DNA of 64,000 nucleotides from NCBI GenBank assembly GCA_016713925.1, contig JADJOH010000002.1, positions 371,701-435,700 on the forward strand. The letters run 5' to 3'. Positions 40,162-50,187 of this stretch are shown in pieces (position 1 is the first letter of the stretch; each line of letters begins with the position of its first letter). The position numbers and the translations under genes were made by a program. This DNA is from Bacteroidota bacterium. Its GTDB lineage: Bacteria > Bacteroidota > Bacteroidia > AKYH767-A > OLB10. The notes below the pieces were generated by a model, which worked only from the letters and a program-made list of their open reading frames with translations, made no database searches and was not told the origin of the DNA.

Positions 40162-40910
40162 GATCGATGAATAAATACGGAGCTAGCTTGAGCCAATGGA
40201 GTAACAACAATATCATTCAACACCACATGCGGCGGACGACTGGCGGCAAACCAAACGATCTCCGCAATATCTTCTGCTTGCAAGGGATCAAAACCCTGAT
40301 ACACTGATTTTGCTTTCGCGGAATCTCCTTTAAAGCGTACGAGTGAAAATTCCGTTTCGGCAGCACCCGGATTCACAGCAGTTACTTTAATTTTATGCGG
40401 TAGCAGATCAATGCGCATGGATTTTGTAATGGCATCCACAGCGAACTTCGTCCCGCAATACACATTGCCATTCGGATAAGCATCTTTTCCGGCTGTACTA
40501 CCGATATTAATCACATGCCCTTTCTGACGCGCCACCATCCAGGGAAGCACGGTTCTGCTCACATACAGCAATCCTTTTACATTGGTGTCAATCATCACTT
40601 CCCAATCTGCTATCTCACCCTCATGAATAGCCGACATTCCGGATGCGAGTCCTGCATTATTCACGAGCACATCAATCTCCTTCCAGAAATGCGGTACCGA
40701 TTCCAGCTCCTCTTTCACTGCCTCATGATTCCGCACATCGAAACAGAGTGAAAACACTTTCACATCATAGGTATCCTTGATAATATGCTCGAGCTCTTCC
40801 AGCTTCCCTTTACGACGGCCGGTAATTATCAGATCACTGCCATGCTCGGCAAATTTCAAAGCTATGGCACGACCAAATCCTGAAGTAGCGCCGGTTATCA
40901 GAGTTATCAT
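40158..40910 (-). CDS. SDR family NAD(P)-dependent oxidoreductase (YdfG-like)
   Basis: TGATSGFGRAIA Rossmann motif and YCGTKFAV catalytic YxxxK. Start overlaps the upstream gene's stop. Confidence 0.75.
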   Translation of the reverse strand: MITLITGATSGFGRAIALKFAEHGSDLIITGRRKGKLEELEHIIKDTYDVKVFSLCFDVRNHEAVKEELESVPHFWKEIDVLVNNAGLASGMSAIHEGEIADWEVMIDTNVKGLLYVSRTVLPWMVARQKGHVINIGSTAGKDAYPNGNVYCGTKFAVDAITKSMRIDLLPHKIKVTAVNPGAAETEFSLVRFKGDSAKAKSVYQGFDPLQAEDIAEIVWFAASRPPHVVLNDIVVTPLAQASSVFIHRS

Positions 40911-41047
40911 AGTAATGAATTCTAAAGTATAAAGTTGATTAATGATTAAATACAGTTTTGCAAATATCGGAAATTAATAAAACGAAACTTCCATACATCT
41001 ACACCAGAACGCATGACGAAAAACGAATCGAAATTGACCACTTCATC

Positions 41048-42769
41048 TCAGAATATCCTCTCCGGCTTGATCGTCTTACTCAGCTTACTATGACTATAGC
41101 CGAAACTGAAATAGAGCACTAAACCGATGACCAGCCATATCGAAAATCCGATCCATTGGTGTACATGTATTTGCGCCATCAGATAAAGGCAAGTCAGGAT
41201 TCCGGCCACAGGGATGAGCGATAGTTTTCGGGTAAAGCTGTAAAAAGAAAGTATAGCAAAGATGAGGAAGAAGATAAAATTCGGAACAGATTCTAAATTT
41301 TTTATCGGATTCACATGTTCCTGCACCCATTGCTGTTGAAAAAAGCCCAGCCAAATCATCACGGAGAGATAAATTCCAGGCATGATAAACTGACCGCTGA
41401 AATAAGGCACACGAAACTTCCTCGGCAAATCCTGATGTTTATGCAGCATGAGCACACCGCCACATACCAGCATAAAAGCGAACAAGGTTCCAATTGAACA
41501 AAGATCCACTACCGTTGCCATATCAATAAAAAATATCGGGATTCCTACGAGTAGTCCGGTAACGATGGTGGCGAAAGAAGGTGTCCCGAAGCGGGGATGG
41601 ATCGCAGAAAACTTCTTCGGCAACAAACCATCGCGGCTCATGCTCATCCAGATTCGCGGCTGACCTAACTGAAAGACCAGCATCACACTTGCCATAGCGA
41701 AGACTGCACTCACAGCAATCACACCACTCATCCACTGGAGTCCTCGGCGACCGAAGACAAAGGCCAGCGGATCATCTACACGCAACTCCTTGTAATTTAC
41801 CATACCTGTAAGCACCAATGAAATCAAAATATACAAAACCGTACAAATGATAATCGCATAAAACATTCCTCTGGGCAGATCGCGTTGCGGATTATGACAT
41901 TCTTCGGCGGTAGTGGAAATGGCATCGAAGCCGATATAAGCGAAAAACACTCCGGATACACCGGCCAACACTCCTGCCCATCCCTCGGGAAGAAAGGGCG
42001 ACCAATTTTCTGCTTCTACATAAAACACACCCACAAGGATCACCATCACCACTACTATCAGCTTCACCGCCACCATCGCATTGCTGGCATTCCTCGACTC
42101 CTTCATACCACGATACACCAGCCAGGTAATTATTATATTGATCACCAGCGCAGGGATATCGAGAATAACTTTTAAACTGCCTATAGCCGGTGCCGTTATC
42201 CATGCTCTATATCCTTCTGAAAGCATCACCGCCGGATCTGCTCCCGGAATTTGCGCTGCTGAAAAGGCACGCTTGGCAGAAAAATAATCGATACCCGACC
42301 AGGCAGGAAGGATGATCCCCTCCGGAAATCCAAGAGCGGGTAATTTAATATGCGCAAGCAAGGTAGAGAAATAGCCCGACCAGGAGATGGCCACTACAAT
42401 ATTTCCAATGGCATATTCCATGATCAGGGCCCAGCCGATAATCCAGGCGAAAAGTTCACCGAAGGCGACATAAGAATAGGTATACGCCGACCCACTCACC
42501 GGAACGAGGCTGGCAAACTCCGCGTAACAGAAGGCAGCGAAACCACAAGCGATCGCAGTAAAGAGGAATAAAAACACCACACCCGGACCACCATCTGCAC
42601 TTGCACTACCGATAGTGCTAAAGATACCCGCACCGATGATGGCCGCAATCCCAAGAGCAGTCAGGTCCCGAACACCAAGGTGCTTTCGGAGTAAACTCTG
42701 ATCTCCGGAATTATCCAACTCCACTTGCCTAAGGATATCCGCTATACTTTTCTTTCGAAAAAGATTCAT
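41048..42769 (-). CDS. APC family amino acid permease
   Basis: About 12 TM segments. N-terminal region LGVRDLTALGIAAIIGAGIFSTIG. Probable start MNLFRKK at 42769 (the track ORF extends to 42871). Confidence 0.75.
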   Translation of the reverse strand: MNLFRKKSIADILRQVELDNSGDQSLLRKHLGVRDLTALGIAAIIGAGIFSTIGSASADGGPGVVFLFLFTAIACGFAAFCYAEFASLVPVSGSAYTYSYVAFGELFAWIIGWALIMEYAIGNIVVAISWSGYFSTLLAHIKLPALGFPEGIILPAWSGIDYFSAKRAFSAAQIPGADPAVMLSEGYRAWITAPAIGSLKVILDIPALVINIIITWLVYRGMKESRNASNAMVAVKLIVVVMVILVGVFYVEAENWSPFLPEGWAGVLAGVSGVFFAYIGFDAISTTAEECHNPQRDLPRGMFYAIIICTVLYILISLVLTGMVNYKELRVDDPLAFVFGRRGLQWMSGVIAVSAVFAMASVMLVFQLGQPRIWMSMSRDGLLPKKFSAIHPRFGTPSFATIVTGLLVGIPIFFIDMATVVDLCSIGTLFAFMLVCGGVLMLHKHQDLPRKFRVPYFSGQFIMPGIYLSVMIWLGFFQQQWVQEHVNPIKNLESVPNFIFFLIFAILSFYSFTRKLSLIPVAGILTCLYLMAQIHVHQWIGFSIWLVIGLVLYFSFGYSHSKLSKTIKPERIF

Positions 42770-42806
42770 AGTCTCTTCGTATTTTATGCAAAGGAAACAG
42801 AAAAAC

Positions 42807-43658
42807 TCAATTTCCCTCTTTTTTCGAAATATTACTTTTAGAAGAGAAGTAGTGCCAGGAATAAAATGCAAGGATCAGGAGCAGTAAACCGGGCATTCTG
42901 AAACGGATCAGACTACCGATAACCGGTGTGGTGAAGCCGCAGACCACCAAAATTATTATTCCGGCAATTGCTGCCAGGACTACTTCTGCGGAAGGCATCT
43001 CCCTCTTCCTCCATGCGAAATATAGGGCGAGAAAAAATATCAGTGGGAAGATAAGGTTCTCCAGAAACAAAGGGAAATGGTACCACTTTGCCAACTGCCA
43101 GGGCCAGGGTTGAAACAATGCAAATGAAAAAGCATCGGGAATATGCAGTAAAAAACTCGTGATAGTAGGTGCAAAAGAAACGGGATGCACCAGACTACCG
43201 GCATGCATAAACACCGCGAACCTCCACATATTTAATTGCTGACCAAACAGCAATGCCGGGACATCTAACCATGAAAAAAAAGTGCCTCCAACGAGTACAA
43301 ATACAAGCGTAAGGAAGTAAGACATCGAAATCGTCAGCAAGGGTTTCTTCATTTCACGTTTCAACATCCAGATAAAAAATCCCGGCAGGAATACGAGTAA
43401 CCAGAAAGATTTAATCAATACAAAACATCCGGTAAAAAAAAGCAGACTTATCAGATAAACCGGTTTACGCTTATAGTTCCACAATTGAAAATAGCGCAAC
43501 GTCATTCCCATCGCAAACAATAACAAAGGTTCTTTCAAAATCGCCGAACTCCAGATAAACACATTAGGAAGAAAAAAAACAAGGAAGGCGGATTTCGGTA
43601 TTAGCGGTTCATTTCCTCGAGTGGAGAAAATAAATTGCAACAGCGCACCCATTCCCAT
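42807..43658 (-). CDS. Polytopic membrane protein, C-terminal portion of a paralog of the 44089-45405 gene
   Basis: Aligns to residues about 180-438 of the neighbouring 438-aa protein (LPNVFIWSSAILKEPLLLFAMG versus LPSMMLWTSGMIKEAFLVFALG). Confidence 0.45.
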   Translation of the reverse strand: MGMGALLQFIFSTRGNEPLIPKSAFLVFFLPNVFIWSSAILKEPLLLFAMGMTLRYFQLWNYKRKPVYLISLLFFTGCFVLIKSFWLLVFLPGFFIWMLKREMKKPLLTISMSYFLTLVFVLVGGTFFSWLDVPALLFGQQLNMWRFAVFMHAGSLVHPVSFAPTITSFLLHIPDAFSFALFQPWPWQLAKWYHFPLFLENLIFPLIFFLALYFAWRKREMPSAEVVLAAIAGIIILVVCGFTTPVIGSLIRFRMPGLLLLILAFYSWHYFSSKSNISKKEGN

Positions 43659-43681
43659 GATAGATAAAACATTTGACCAGA

Positions 43682-44083
43682 TCAGGTGTACCCATTCATT
43701 TGTACCGGAAAAATACTCAGCAAGGCATGAAATCTAACAACCGTTCTGGCGTCATTAAAGAGGAAGCCATAACCGTTATCGGGCCAAATGGTCAGATTAT
43801 TAATAAACAGTTGTGTGGATTCATTCTCCATTCCCATCATCATTTTAAAAAAAAGCATTGGATTTTCAAGAAATAAATTATAAAATGCAACCGTGTCGGC
43901 CATATATCCCTGCATATCTCCACCCTGATAGGTGCTCATATAATAATTTGCAATAAAAAATCCTCCTGCTACTTTTAATAAAAGCAGGCATGGCAAATAC
44001 CAACCGGGTACTCCCTTAATTTTCAGAAATGAAGTCCTGTAAAATAGAATGCTCAGCACAAGAATATGTAGAAAAACTATCAT
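43682..44083 (-). CDS. Polytopic membrane protein, N-terminal portion of the same paralog (different frame from 42807-43658)
   Basis: Aligns to residues about 1-160 of the 438-aa neighbour (FNDARTVVRFHALLSIF versus FNDSRTMIRLNAFLRLF). Confidence 0.45.
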   Translation of the reverse strand: MIVFLHILVLSILFYRTSFLKIKGVPGWYLPCLLLLKVAGGFFIANYYMSTYQGGDMQGYMADTVAFYNLFLENPMLFFKMMMGMENESTQLFINNLTIWPDNGYGFLFNDARTVVRFHALLSIFPVQMNGYT

Positions 44084-44088
44084 AATCT

Positions 44089-45405
44089 TTACTGTATCTT
44101 CCCATTAAACCATCCCAGAAAAGAACCACTCATCCACTTTTTATACGATAAAATTGTAAACGGAAAAATTATAAACGGAAGTCCGGGCACTTTATATCTA
44201 ACCAACGCCCCAATAATAGGTGTGACCAGGCCGGAGAGCATAAAAATCGAAACGCCGAACAGGAATGATGAAATAACAAATGTTGACATATTCTTTATCA
44301 ACACCCCCTTCATATTTATTAGCATGAACACCATCAACAACAAAATGAAAATATTCTCTGCCACCGAAAACCACATCAGGAAATTATTCGCATGCCGGGG
44401 CATAGGTAATAATAATGTCCTGCCGAAAGCACCCGGTGCTTCTGAAATCAGACTCCACCACTCCGGTTGAATCCTATTGACTTCCACCACACTTTTCGCT
44501 TGTTCTGTTTCAGCAACAAAATAAAATTCTGCCTGCTTTTGGGATACGAGGACAGGGATTGATTTCCCTGTGATAAAGGGAGCAGCAATAGAAAGTATCG
44601 TAAAATAAATCAAATAGATACCACCACTGATCAACACCGGAGGAAGGGGTTTGTATTTTGAAATTATCCAACTGAGTAGAAGCGGAATAATCAGAAAAAA
44701 AACATAAGCCTTTACTGTGATCAGAATAAGGATAGACAACACTATACTCACCCATCTGCGTAGCGAAGTACTTTTATCGGAAATAAGCCGGGAAATCTGA
44801 TACAACAATGTTCCCAAAGCAAAAACCAGAAATGCTTCCTTGATCATACCTGAAGTCCATAACATCATAGATGGCAATAAAAAGACAATCACTATCAATA
44901 AAAATGCCCTGCCTTTTATCGTGTCGTTCATTACTCTGAAAATTCCTGTCAGACCTATTGTCGCCAAAAAACACATCACTATGGCATGCGGGAAATAGGT
45001 ACCCATGGAGAACAGACGCAAAAATGCATTCAGGCGAATCATGGTCCGGCTATCATTAAAAACAAGGTCCGTATTGTACCAGTTTCGCATGGTATCGTAA
45101 TAGACCTGTAAATCGGCGGCATCACCATCAATTCCGGTCAGCATCCGGAAAAAATCATAAGGCCTGTTGAGAAATGTATCATAAATGACAGCAGAATCGT
45201 CATAATAGCGAAATATATCGGCATAGGCCCGGTCCGTATAAAACTGAGTATAAATAATATACAAGGCAAAAGCGGCAATCACTTTAATTATAAACATCAG
45301 CTGGAACACCTTTGCGGACACTTCCGGCAGCATGAATATTTTCCATTTGCCAATCAAGTAAATAGCTAAAAATATGTAGCCGAATGTGAGGAAGACTTCA
45401 AGCAT
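44089..45405 (-). CDS. Polytopic membrane protein of unknown function (intact paralog)
   Basis: 438 aa with multiple hydrophobic segments. Confidence 0.55.
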   Translation of the reverse strand: MLEVFLTFGYIFLAIYLIGKWKIFMLPEVSAKVFQLMFIIKVIAAFALYIIYTQFYTDRAYADIFRYYDDSAVIYDTFLNRPYDFFRMLTGIDGDAADLQVYYDTMRNWYNTDLVFNDSRTMIRLNAFLRLFSMGTYFPHAIVMCFLATIGLTGIFRVMNDTIKGRAFLLIVIVFLLPSMMLWTSGMIKEAFLVFALGTLLYQISRLISDKSTSLRRWVSIVLSILILITVKAYVFFLIIPLLLSWIISKYKPLPPVLISGGIYLIYFTILSIAAPFITGKSIPVLVSQKQAEFYFVAETEQAKSVVEVNRIQPEWWSLISEAPGAFGRTLLLPMPRHANNFLMWFSVAENIFILLLMVFMLINMKGVLIKNMSTFVISSFLFGVSIFMLSGLVTPIIGALVRYKVPGLPFIIFPFTILSYKKWMSGSFLGWFNGKIQ

Positions 45406-45530
45406 CGCCTCAAATATAAAATATTACGGGCATAGAGGAAGAAGAACTATTTTTGCAGAGGATAGAAATTCACCTTGCTGATGCTCCCTCCTCCAACATC
45501 AACACTATAACATACAAAAACACATAGACA

Positions 45531-47765
45531 ATGTCTTTCGCTACAGAAGAACTAACGACGGTTGAAACTGCTAAAAAACTGGGTTTGTTACCCGAAGAAT
45601 TTGAAAAGATCAAAGAATTTCTAGGCCGGGTTCCCAATTTTACCGAATTAAGTATTTATTCCGTGATGTGGTCGGAGCATTGTTCGTATAAAAACTCCAT
45701 CACCTGGTTAAAAACGCTGCCAAAGAAAGGTCCGCATTTGCTGGCTGAAGCCGGGGAAGAAAACGCGGGACTGGTATCGATTGGTGATGGTCTGGCCTGT
45801 GCATTCAAAATCGAATCACATAATCATCCCTCCGCCATCGAACCCTATCAGGGAGCTGCCACAGGTGTTGGTGGTATCAACCGCGATATTTTTACGATGG
45901 GTGCTCGACCGATCGCTCAATTAAATTCCTTGCGCTTTGGAAATCCGGAGCTGGCAAAAACGCAATGGCTGATGCGTGGTGTGGTGAAAGGCATTGGTGA
46001 TTATGGAAATGCTTTTGGTGTGCCTACTGTTGGAGGAGAAGTTTTCTTTGATGAATCCTTCAACGTGAATATTTTAGTCAATGCCATGTCGGTGGGCATT
46101 GTAAAGGCGGGTGAAACGGTCTCTGCCATTTCACAAGGTGTGGGCAATCCTGTTTATATTGTCGGATCTTCTACAGGCAAGGACGGTATCCATGGTGCCA
46201 CCTTTGCATCGGGCGATTTGCATGCTGATTCCCATGAGGATTTACCTTCTGTACAAGTAGGAGATCCGTTTATGGAGAAATTATTACTGGAAGCCACTCT
46301 TGAAATCATCAAGACCGGTGCAGTTGTAGGCATGCAGGATATGGGTGCTGCCGGAATTATTTGTTCTACGAGTGAGATGTCCGCGAAAGGAAAGCATGGT
46401 ATGAATGTCTGGCTGGATAAAGTTCCTACCCGACAGCCGAACATGAAAGGATGGGAGATTTTACTCAGTGAGTCTCAGGAGAGAATGCTGGTGATCGTTC
46501 AAAAGGGACGTGAGGCGGAAGTGGAGAAAATTTTTGAGAAATGGGATTTGAACTGCACACAAATCGGCGAGGTCATTGCAGGAGAGCGATTGCATTTCTT
46601 TATGCATGGAGAACAGCTGGCTGATGTCCCGGCAGATTCGCTCGTTCTGGGTGGTGGAGCTCCTATTTACAAGCGGGAATTCAAAGAGCCGGCCTACATC
46701 GCCCAAAACAAAGCCTTCGACATCAACAAAGTTCCTGTACCTTCGGATATGCGGCCCGTTATGAACCATCTGGTCAGACATCCGAACATTGCTTCGAAAC
46801 GCTGGATATATACACAGTATGATTCGATGGTAGGCACCATCAATATGAGCACCAACAAACCCAGTGATGCCGCTATTGTAGATGTTCGCGGGACGAAAAA
46901 AGCATTGGCGCTCGTTGTAGATTGCAATTCCCGTTATGTACATAGTGATCCGGAGACGGGCTGTGCCATTGCTGTAGCTGAAGCTGCGCGAAACATTGTT
47001 TGTTCCGGCGGAGAGCCCTCGGCAGTTACCAATTGTTTGAACTTCGGAAACCCTTATAATCCGGAAGTGTACTGGCAGTTTGTGCAGGCCATCAAAGGGA
47101 TGTCGTCCGCATGTACCCGCTTTGAAACACCGGTGACAGGAGGAAATGTCAGTTTTTACAATCAATCGAAAAATGAGCAGGGAGAAGTTCCGGTATTCCC
47201 CACACCCACGATAGGAATGGTGGGCATATTGCCGCAGAAGAATCATCAGATTACGTTGGATTTTAAAAAGGAAGGCGATGTACTCCTCCTGCTGGGTGCT
47301 TCACAGGATGATATTGCCTCTTCAGAATATTTATATTCCTATTGTAAGATAAAAAATAGTCCGGCTCCCTACTTCAACCTCGAAGAAGAATTTTTAGTAC
47401 AGGATCTCGTGAAAACCCTCATCAAAAACAATCTCATTGAAAGTGCGCATGATGTTTCGGATGGAGGATTATTCATTTGTTTACTGGAATCAGGAATGCC
47501 ACGCGGTCTCGGATTTCGCATTGACACCGACGAGGAGTATCGCAAGGACGCCTATCTTTTCGGAGAGGCGCAGGGCAGAATTGTTGTGAGTGTCAGTCCC
47601 GAAAAACTCGACGCCTTTGTTGAACTGGTCGCTGCTTCTGATATCGATTTCACCAATCTGGGCGAAGTAGGAGGAAATGCCATTGTAATTGACGAGGAAG
47701 AATATGGAAGTGTACATACTTTTAAGGAGAAGTATGATCATGCGATTGGGGATATGATGTCATAG
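45531..47765 (+). CDS. purL: Phosphoribosylformylglycinamidine synthase subunit PurL
   Basis: 744 aa. SEHCSYKNS and AIR-synthase-related domains. Confidence 0.9.
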   Translation: MSFATEELTTVETAKKLGLLPEEFEKIKEFLGRVPNFTELSIYSVMWSEHCSYKNSITWLKTLPKKGPHLLAEAGEENAGLVSIGDGLACAFKIESHNHPSAIEPYQGAATGVGGINRDIFTMGARPIAQLNSLRFGNPELAKTQWLMRGVVKGIGDYGNAFGVPTVGGEVFFDESFNVNILVNAMSVGIVKAGETVSAISQGVGNPVYIVGSSTGKDGIHGATFASGDLHADSHEDLPSVQVGDPFMEKLLLEATLEIIKTGAVVGMQDMGAAGIICSTSEMSAKGKHGMNVWLDKVPTRQPNMKGWEILLSESQERMLVIVQKGREAEVEKIFEKWDLNCTQIGEVIAGERLHFFMHGEQLADVPADSLVLGGGAPIYKREFKEPAYIAQNKAFDINKVPVPSDMRPVMNHLVRHPNIASKRWIYTQYDSMVGTINMSTNKPSDAAIVDVRGTKKALALVVDCNSRYVHSDPETGCAIAVAEAARNIVCSGGEPSAVTNCLNFGNPYNPEVYWQFVQAIKGMSSACTRFETPVTGGNVSFYNQSKNEQGEVPVFPTPTIGMVGILPQKNHQITLDFKKEGDVLLLLGASQDDIASSEYLYSYCKIKNSPAPYFNLEEEFLVQDLVKTLIKNNLIESAHDVSDGGLFICLLESGMPRGLGFRIDTDEEYRKDAYLFGEAQGRIVVSVSPEKLDAFVELVAASDIDFTNLGEVGGNAIVIDEEEYGSVHTFKEKYDHAIGDMMS

Positions 47766-47888
47766 GCTACCGGCTTCCGGCTTCCGGCTACCGGCTGCGG
47801 GCTTCTGGCTGCTGGCTACTTGCTTTTGACCACTTACTTATATGAAAGCTTCAGGCTGCGGGCTGCGGGCTACAGGTGTCGGGCTATA
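47765..47888. repeat. Heptanucleotide tandem arrays GGCTNNN (8 units at 47765-47820, 5 units at 47854-47888)
   Basis: The array begins inside the purL stop codon: ggctacc ggcttcc ggcttcc ggctacc ggctgcg ggcttct ggctgct ggctact. Confidence 0.75.
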
Positions 47889-47987
47889 GAAGGAGTGTAT
47901 TGGCTGAGGGATGGGGGCAGAGGGCTTTTACTACTCATAGCGATAAGGTTACTTTGACTGGAATTATAGGTACAATTTGGTTACACT

Positions 47988-48542
47988 ATGAAAATTTCAA
48001 TTAATATTAAAAGAGTAATTCTAACAACTTTGGCTTGTTTCATGGCAGCTATACTTCCGCTTATTTTTTCTGCATCAGAATTGATTTATACTTTATCTGT
48101 GCCTCTCTTTTATTCAATAGCAATACCATTGACCAACTTAGACAGGGTAATTACCAAAAGAAAGTCCCAAGCTTTTGTACTTAGTATCTTGTTGACAATA
48201 ATTCTGTTTTTTTCATCTGTTTCATTGGGACTTTTACTTGGTCAGAGTTTTTTGGGAACTTATTCTATTCATGTTGTTTGTTTAATTTCCGGACTTTTGA
48301 CATTACTTATAAACAGTATTTTTATCCGAATTGATAATATACTACTAGGATTATTAATAACAGGATTTTTTGCTCTCCCTGTACCCTTTTTGACAATATT
48401 TTTGAAAGGACATAAAATATTTGACATAGATCTATTTGGCGACCCGGTAACTTTTTTTATAGTTTGGCCAACGATAATGGGTCTGGCTATTTCAATAAGT
48501 ATATGGACAAAGACAACCATTACTAAAGCAATCATCGAATAA
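47988..48542 (+). CDS. Hypothetical polytopic membrane protein (AT-rich, about 31% GC)
   Basis: 184 aa with 5-6 hydrophobic segments. Composition is atypical for the window. Confidence 0.45.
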   Translation: MKISINIKRVILTTLACFMAAILPLIFSASELIYTLSVPLFYSIAIPLTNLDRVITKRKSQAFVLSILLTIILFFSSVSLGLLLGQSFLGTYSIHVVCLISGLLTLLINSIFIRIDNILLGLLITGFFALPVPFLTIFLKGHKIFDIDLFGDPVTFFIVWPTIMGLAISISIWTKTTITKAIIE

Positions 48543-48709
48543 TTTAAGGAAGAACACTTACCAATAGTGGAATCAATTCTTGTGAGGAAAATAAGTTTAA
48601 TATCTTTAAAAAATATTTTAAACTCATTAGAGCAAAGGCCTGAATCGAGTGATTCGATGAATTAAACGTTGGCTTCTAATAAGTCAATCTAAAGAGATAA
48701 TGAAGCGAA

Positions 48710-49351
48710 ATGACAAAAACTCTTTACATATTTAGCGGACTGGGGGCTGATGAAAGAGTCTTTCAACGACTTGACTTTTCCGGCTTTTCGACAACTTACA
48801 TCAAATGGATTGTTCCGCAAGACAATGAAACTATTGAGCACTATGCAACACGACTACTTGACCAAATTACAACTATAAAACCGACTTTAATCGGACTTTC
48901 ATTCGGTGGACTAATAGCTATTGAAATTGCAAAACAAATTGAAACTGAAAAAGTAGTTTTAATCGCTTCTGTAAAGACTAAAAAAGAAATTCCCCTTTAC
49001 TATCGTTTGGCCGGACAACTTGGACTTCATAAACTTATTCCAACAGCCTTTTTAAAAAGCTCAACCTTTCTTACAAATTGGTTCTTTGGCACAGGTTCAA
49101 AGTTTGAAAAGCAACTTTTAAAACAAATTCTTATGGACACCAATCCAGTTTATTTGAAGTGGGCTATTGAAAAGGTGGTAAAATGGAGAAATCAAAAAGA
49201 GACCATAAACATCTTTCATATACACGGGACAGCCGACAGAATTCTACCATTAAAAAATGTAAAATGCAACGCGATAATCAAGGATGGTGGTCACTTTATG
49301 ACCTTAAATAAGGCCGATGAAATCAACAATATTTTAAGACAGCAGATATGA
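48710..49351 (+). CDS. Alpha/beta hydrolase fold protein
   Basis: GLSFGG nucleophile-elbow motif. 213 aa. AT-rich. Confidence 0.55.
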   Translation: MTKTLYIFSGLGADERVFQRLDFSGFSTTYIKWIVPQDNETIEHYATRLLDQITTIKPTLIGLSFGGLIAIEIAKQIETEKVVLIASVKTKKEIPLYYRLAGQLGLHKLIPTAFLKSSTFLTNWFFGTGSKFEKQLLKQILMDTNPVYLKWAIEKVVKWRNQKETINIFHIHGTADRILPLKNVKCNAIIKDGGHFMTLNKADEINNILRQQI

Positions 49352-49439
49352 CAATGAAAATCCTACCCAATTATGACCTTTAAAACACTCATATCACATA
49401 GCAAAGCGGGTAGCTGGCAGCTGATAGCTCAAATCCAAA

Positions 49440-50040
49440 CAAAGAAATCACGAGGGGGGCCCCAAACAACCTTTTCCCCAAAAAATTGGAATTATAAAAA
49501 TTAAATTTTACCCCACCCGGGGGAAAAAAGGGCCCCAAAACCTTAACCCCAAAACCTGGCGACGGGGGGGGGAGGGGGCGGAAGGAATTACACCCAAACA
49601 AAGGGGGGGGAAAAAGCCGCCCCAAAGGCGGGGGGGGGCGCACCTAAAAATAAAAAAAGAAAAGGATTTAAAAAAAAAAAAAAGGAGAAAAAAAAAAAAA
49701 CCCACCGGAAACGCCCCAGGGGCCCTGAGCATTAAAAAAAAAAAATAAGAGGAGGAGAAAAAAGCAAACGGGGGGGGCCGGCCCCCCCCCCCCCCCCCGC
49801 GGGGGGGGGGGGGGGGGGGGGGGGGGGCCCGGGAAATTATTCCAGCGGGACTCCAAAAAAAAAAAAATAAACCCACCAAAAAACCCCAATAACGACAAAC
49901 AAAAAAAAAAAAAAAAAAAATAAAAGGGACAAATTTAAAAAAAGGGCCCGGGGGAAAAAAAGGGAAAAACCCCCCAAACGGGGGGCGCGGGGGAGCCCAA
50001 AAAAAACCCCAAAAAAAGGGGAAAAGGGGGGGGGGGGGGG
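49440..50040. other. Low-complexity homopolymer-rich tract (long A, C and G runs, G run over 25 nt), probable assembly or base-calling artifact
   Basis: Homopolymer runs of A, C and G, with T almost absent. ORFs predicted here translate to poly-P, poly-G and poly-F. Confidence 0.6.
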
Positions 50041-50145
50041 GAACGGTAAGATTTAGTTGAAAACATCGAAAGTCCATTTTGTCAATCAACACTACCCAAC
50101 ACGAGATTAAAAAACGCAACCGATAGATTATAACCCTTTGCCAGT

Positions 50146-50187
50146 TGCCCCAAGCCCGCAGCCGGAAACCGGAAGCCAAAAAGCTAC
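50146..50187. repeat. Heptanucleotide tandem array AGCCNNN (inverted relative to the 47765 array)
   Basis: agcccgc agccgga aaccgga agccaaa aagctac. Overlaps the 3' end of the 50184-50534 ORF. Confidence 0.65.

Noticed and set aside
46461-47246. 261-aa minus-strand ORF inside purL
   Set aside because: Antisense to purL, which is conserved end to end. There is no independent support.
49389-50179. Track ORFs 49389-49643, 49508-50179 and 49668-49898 encoding poly-Pro/Gly/Phe proteins
   Set aside because: They lie entirely within the homopolymer-run low-complexity tract. The translations are compositional nonsense with no start context, and almost certainly reflect an assembly or base-calling artifact.
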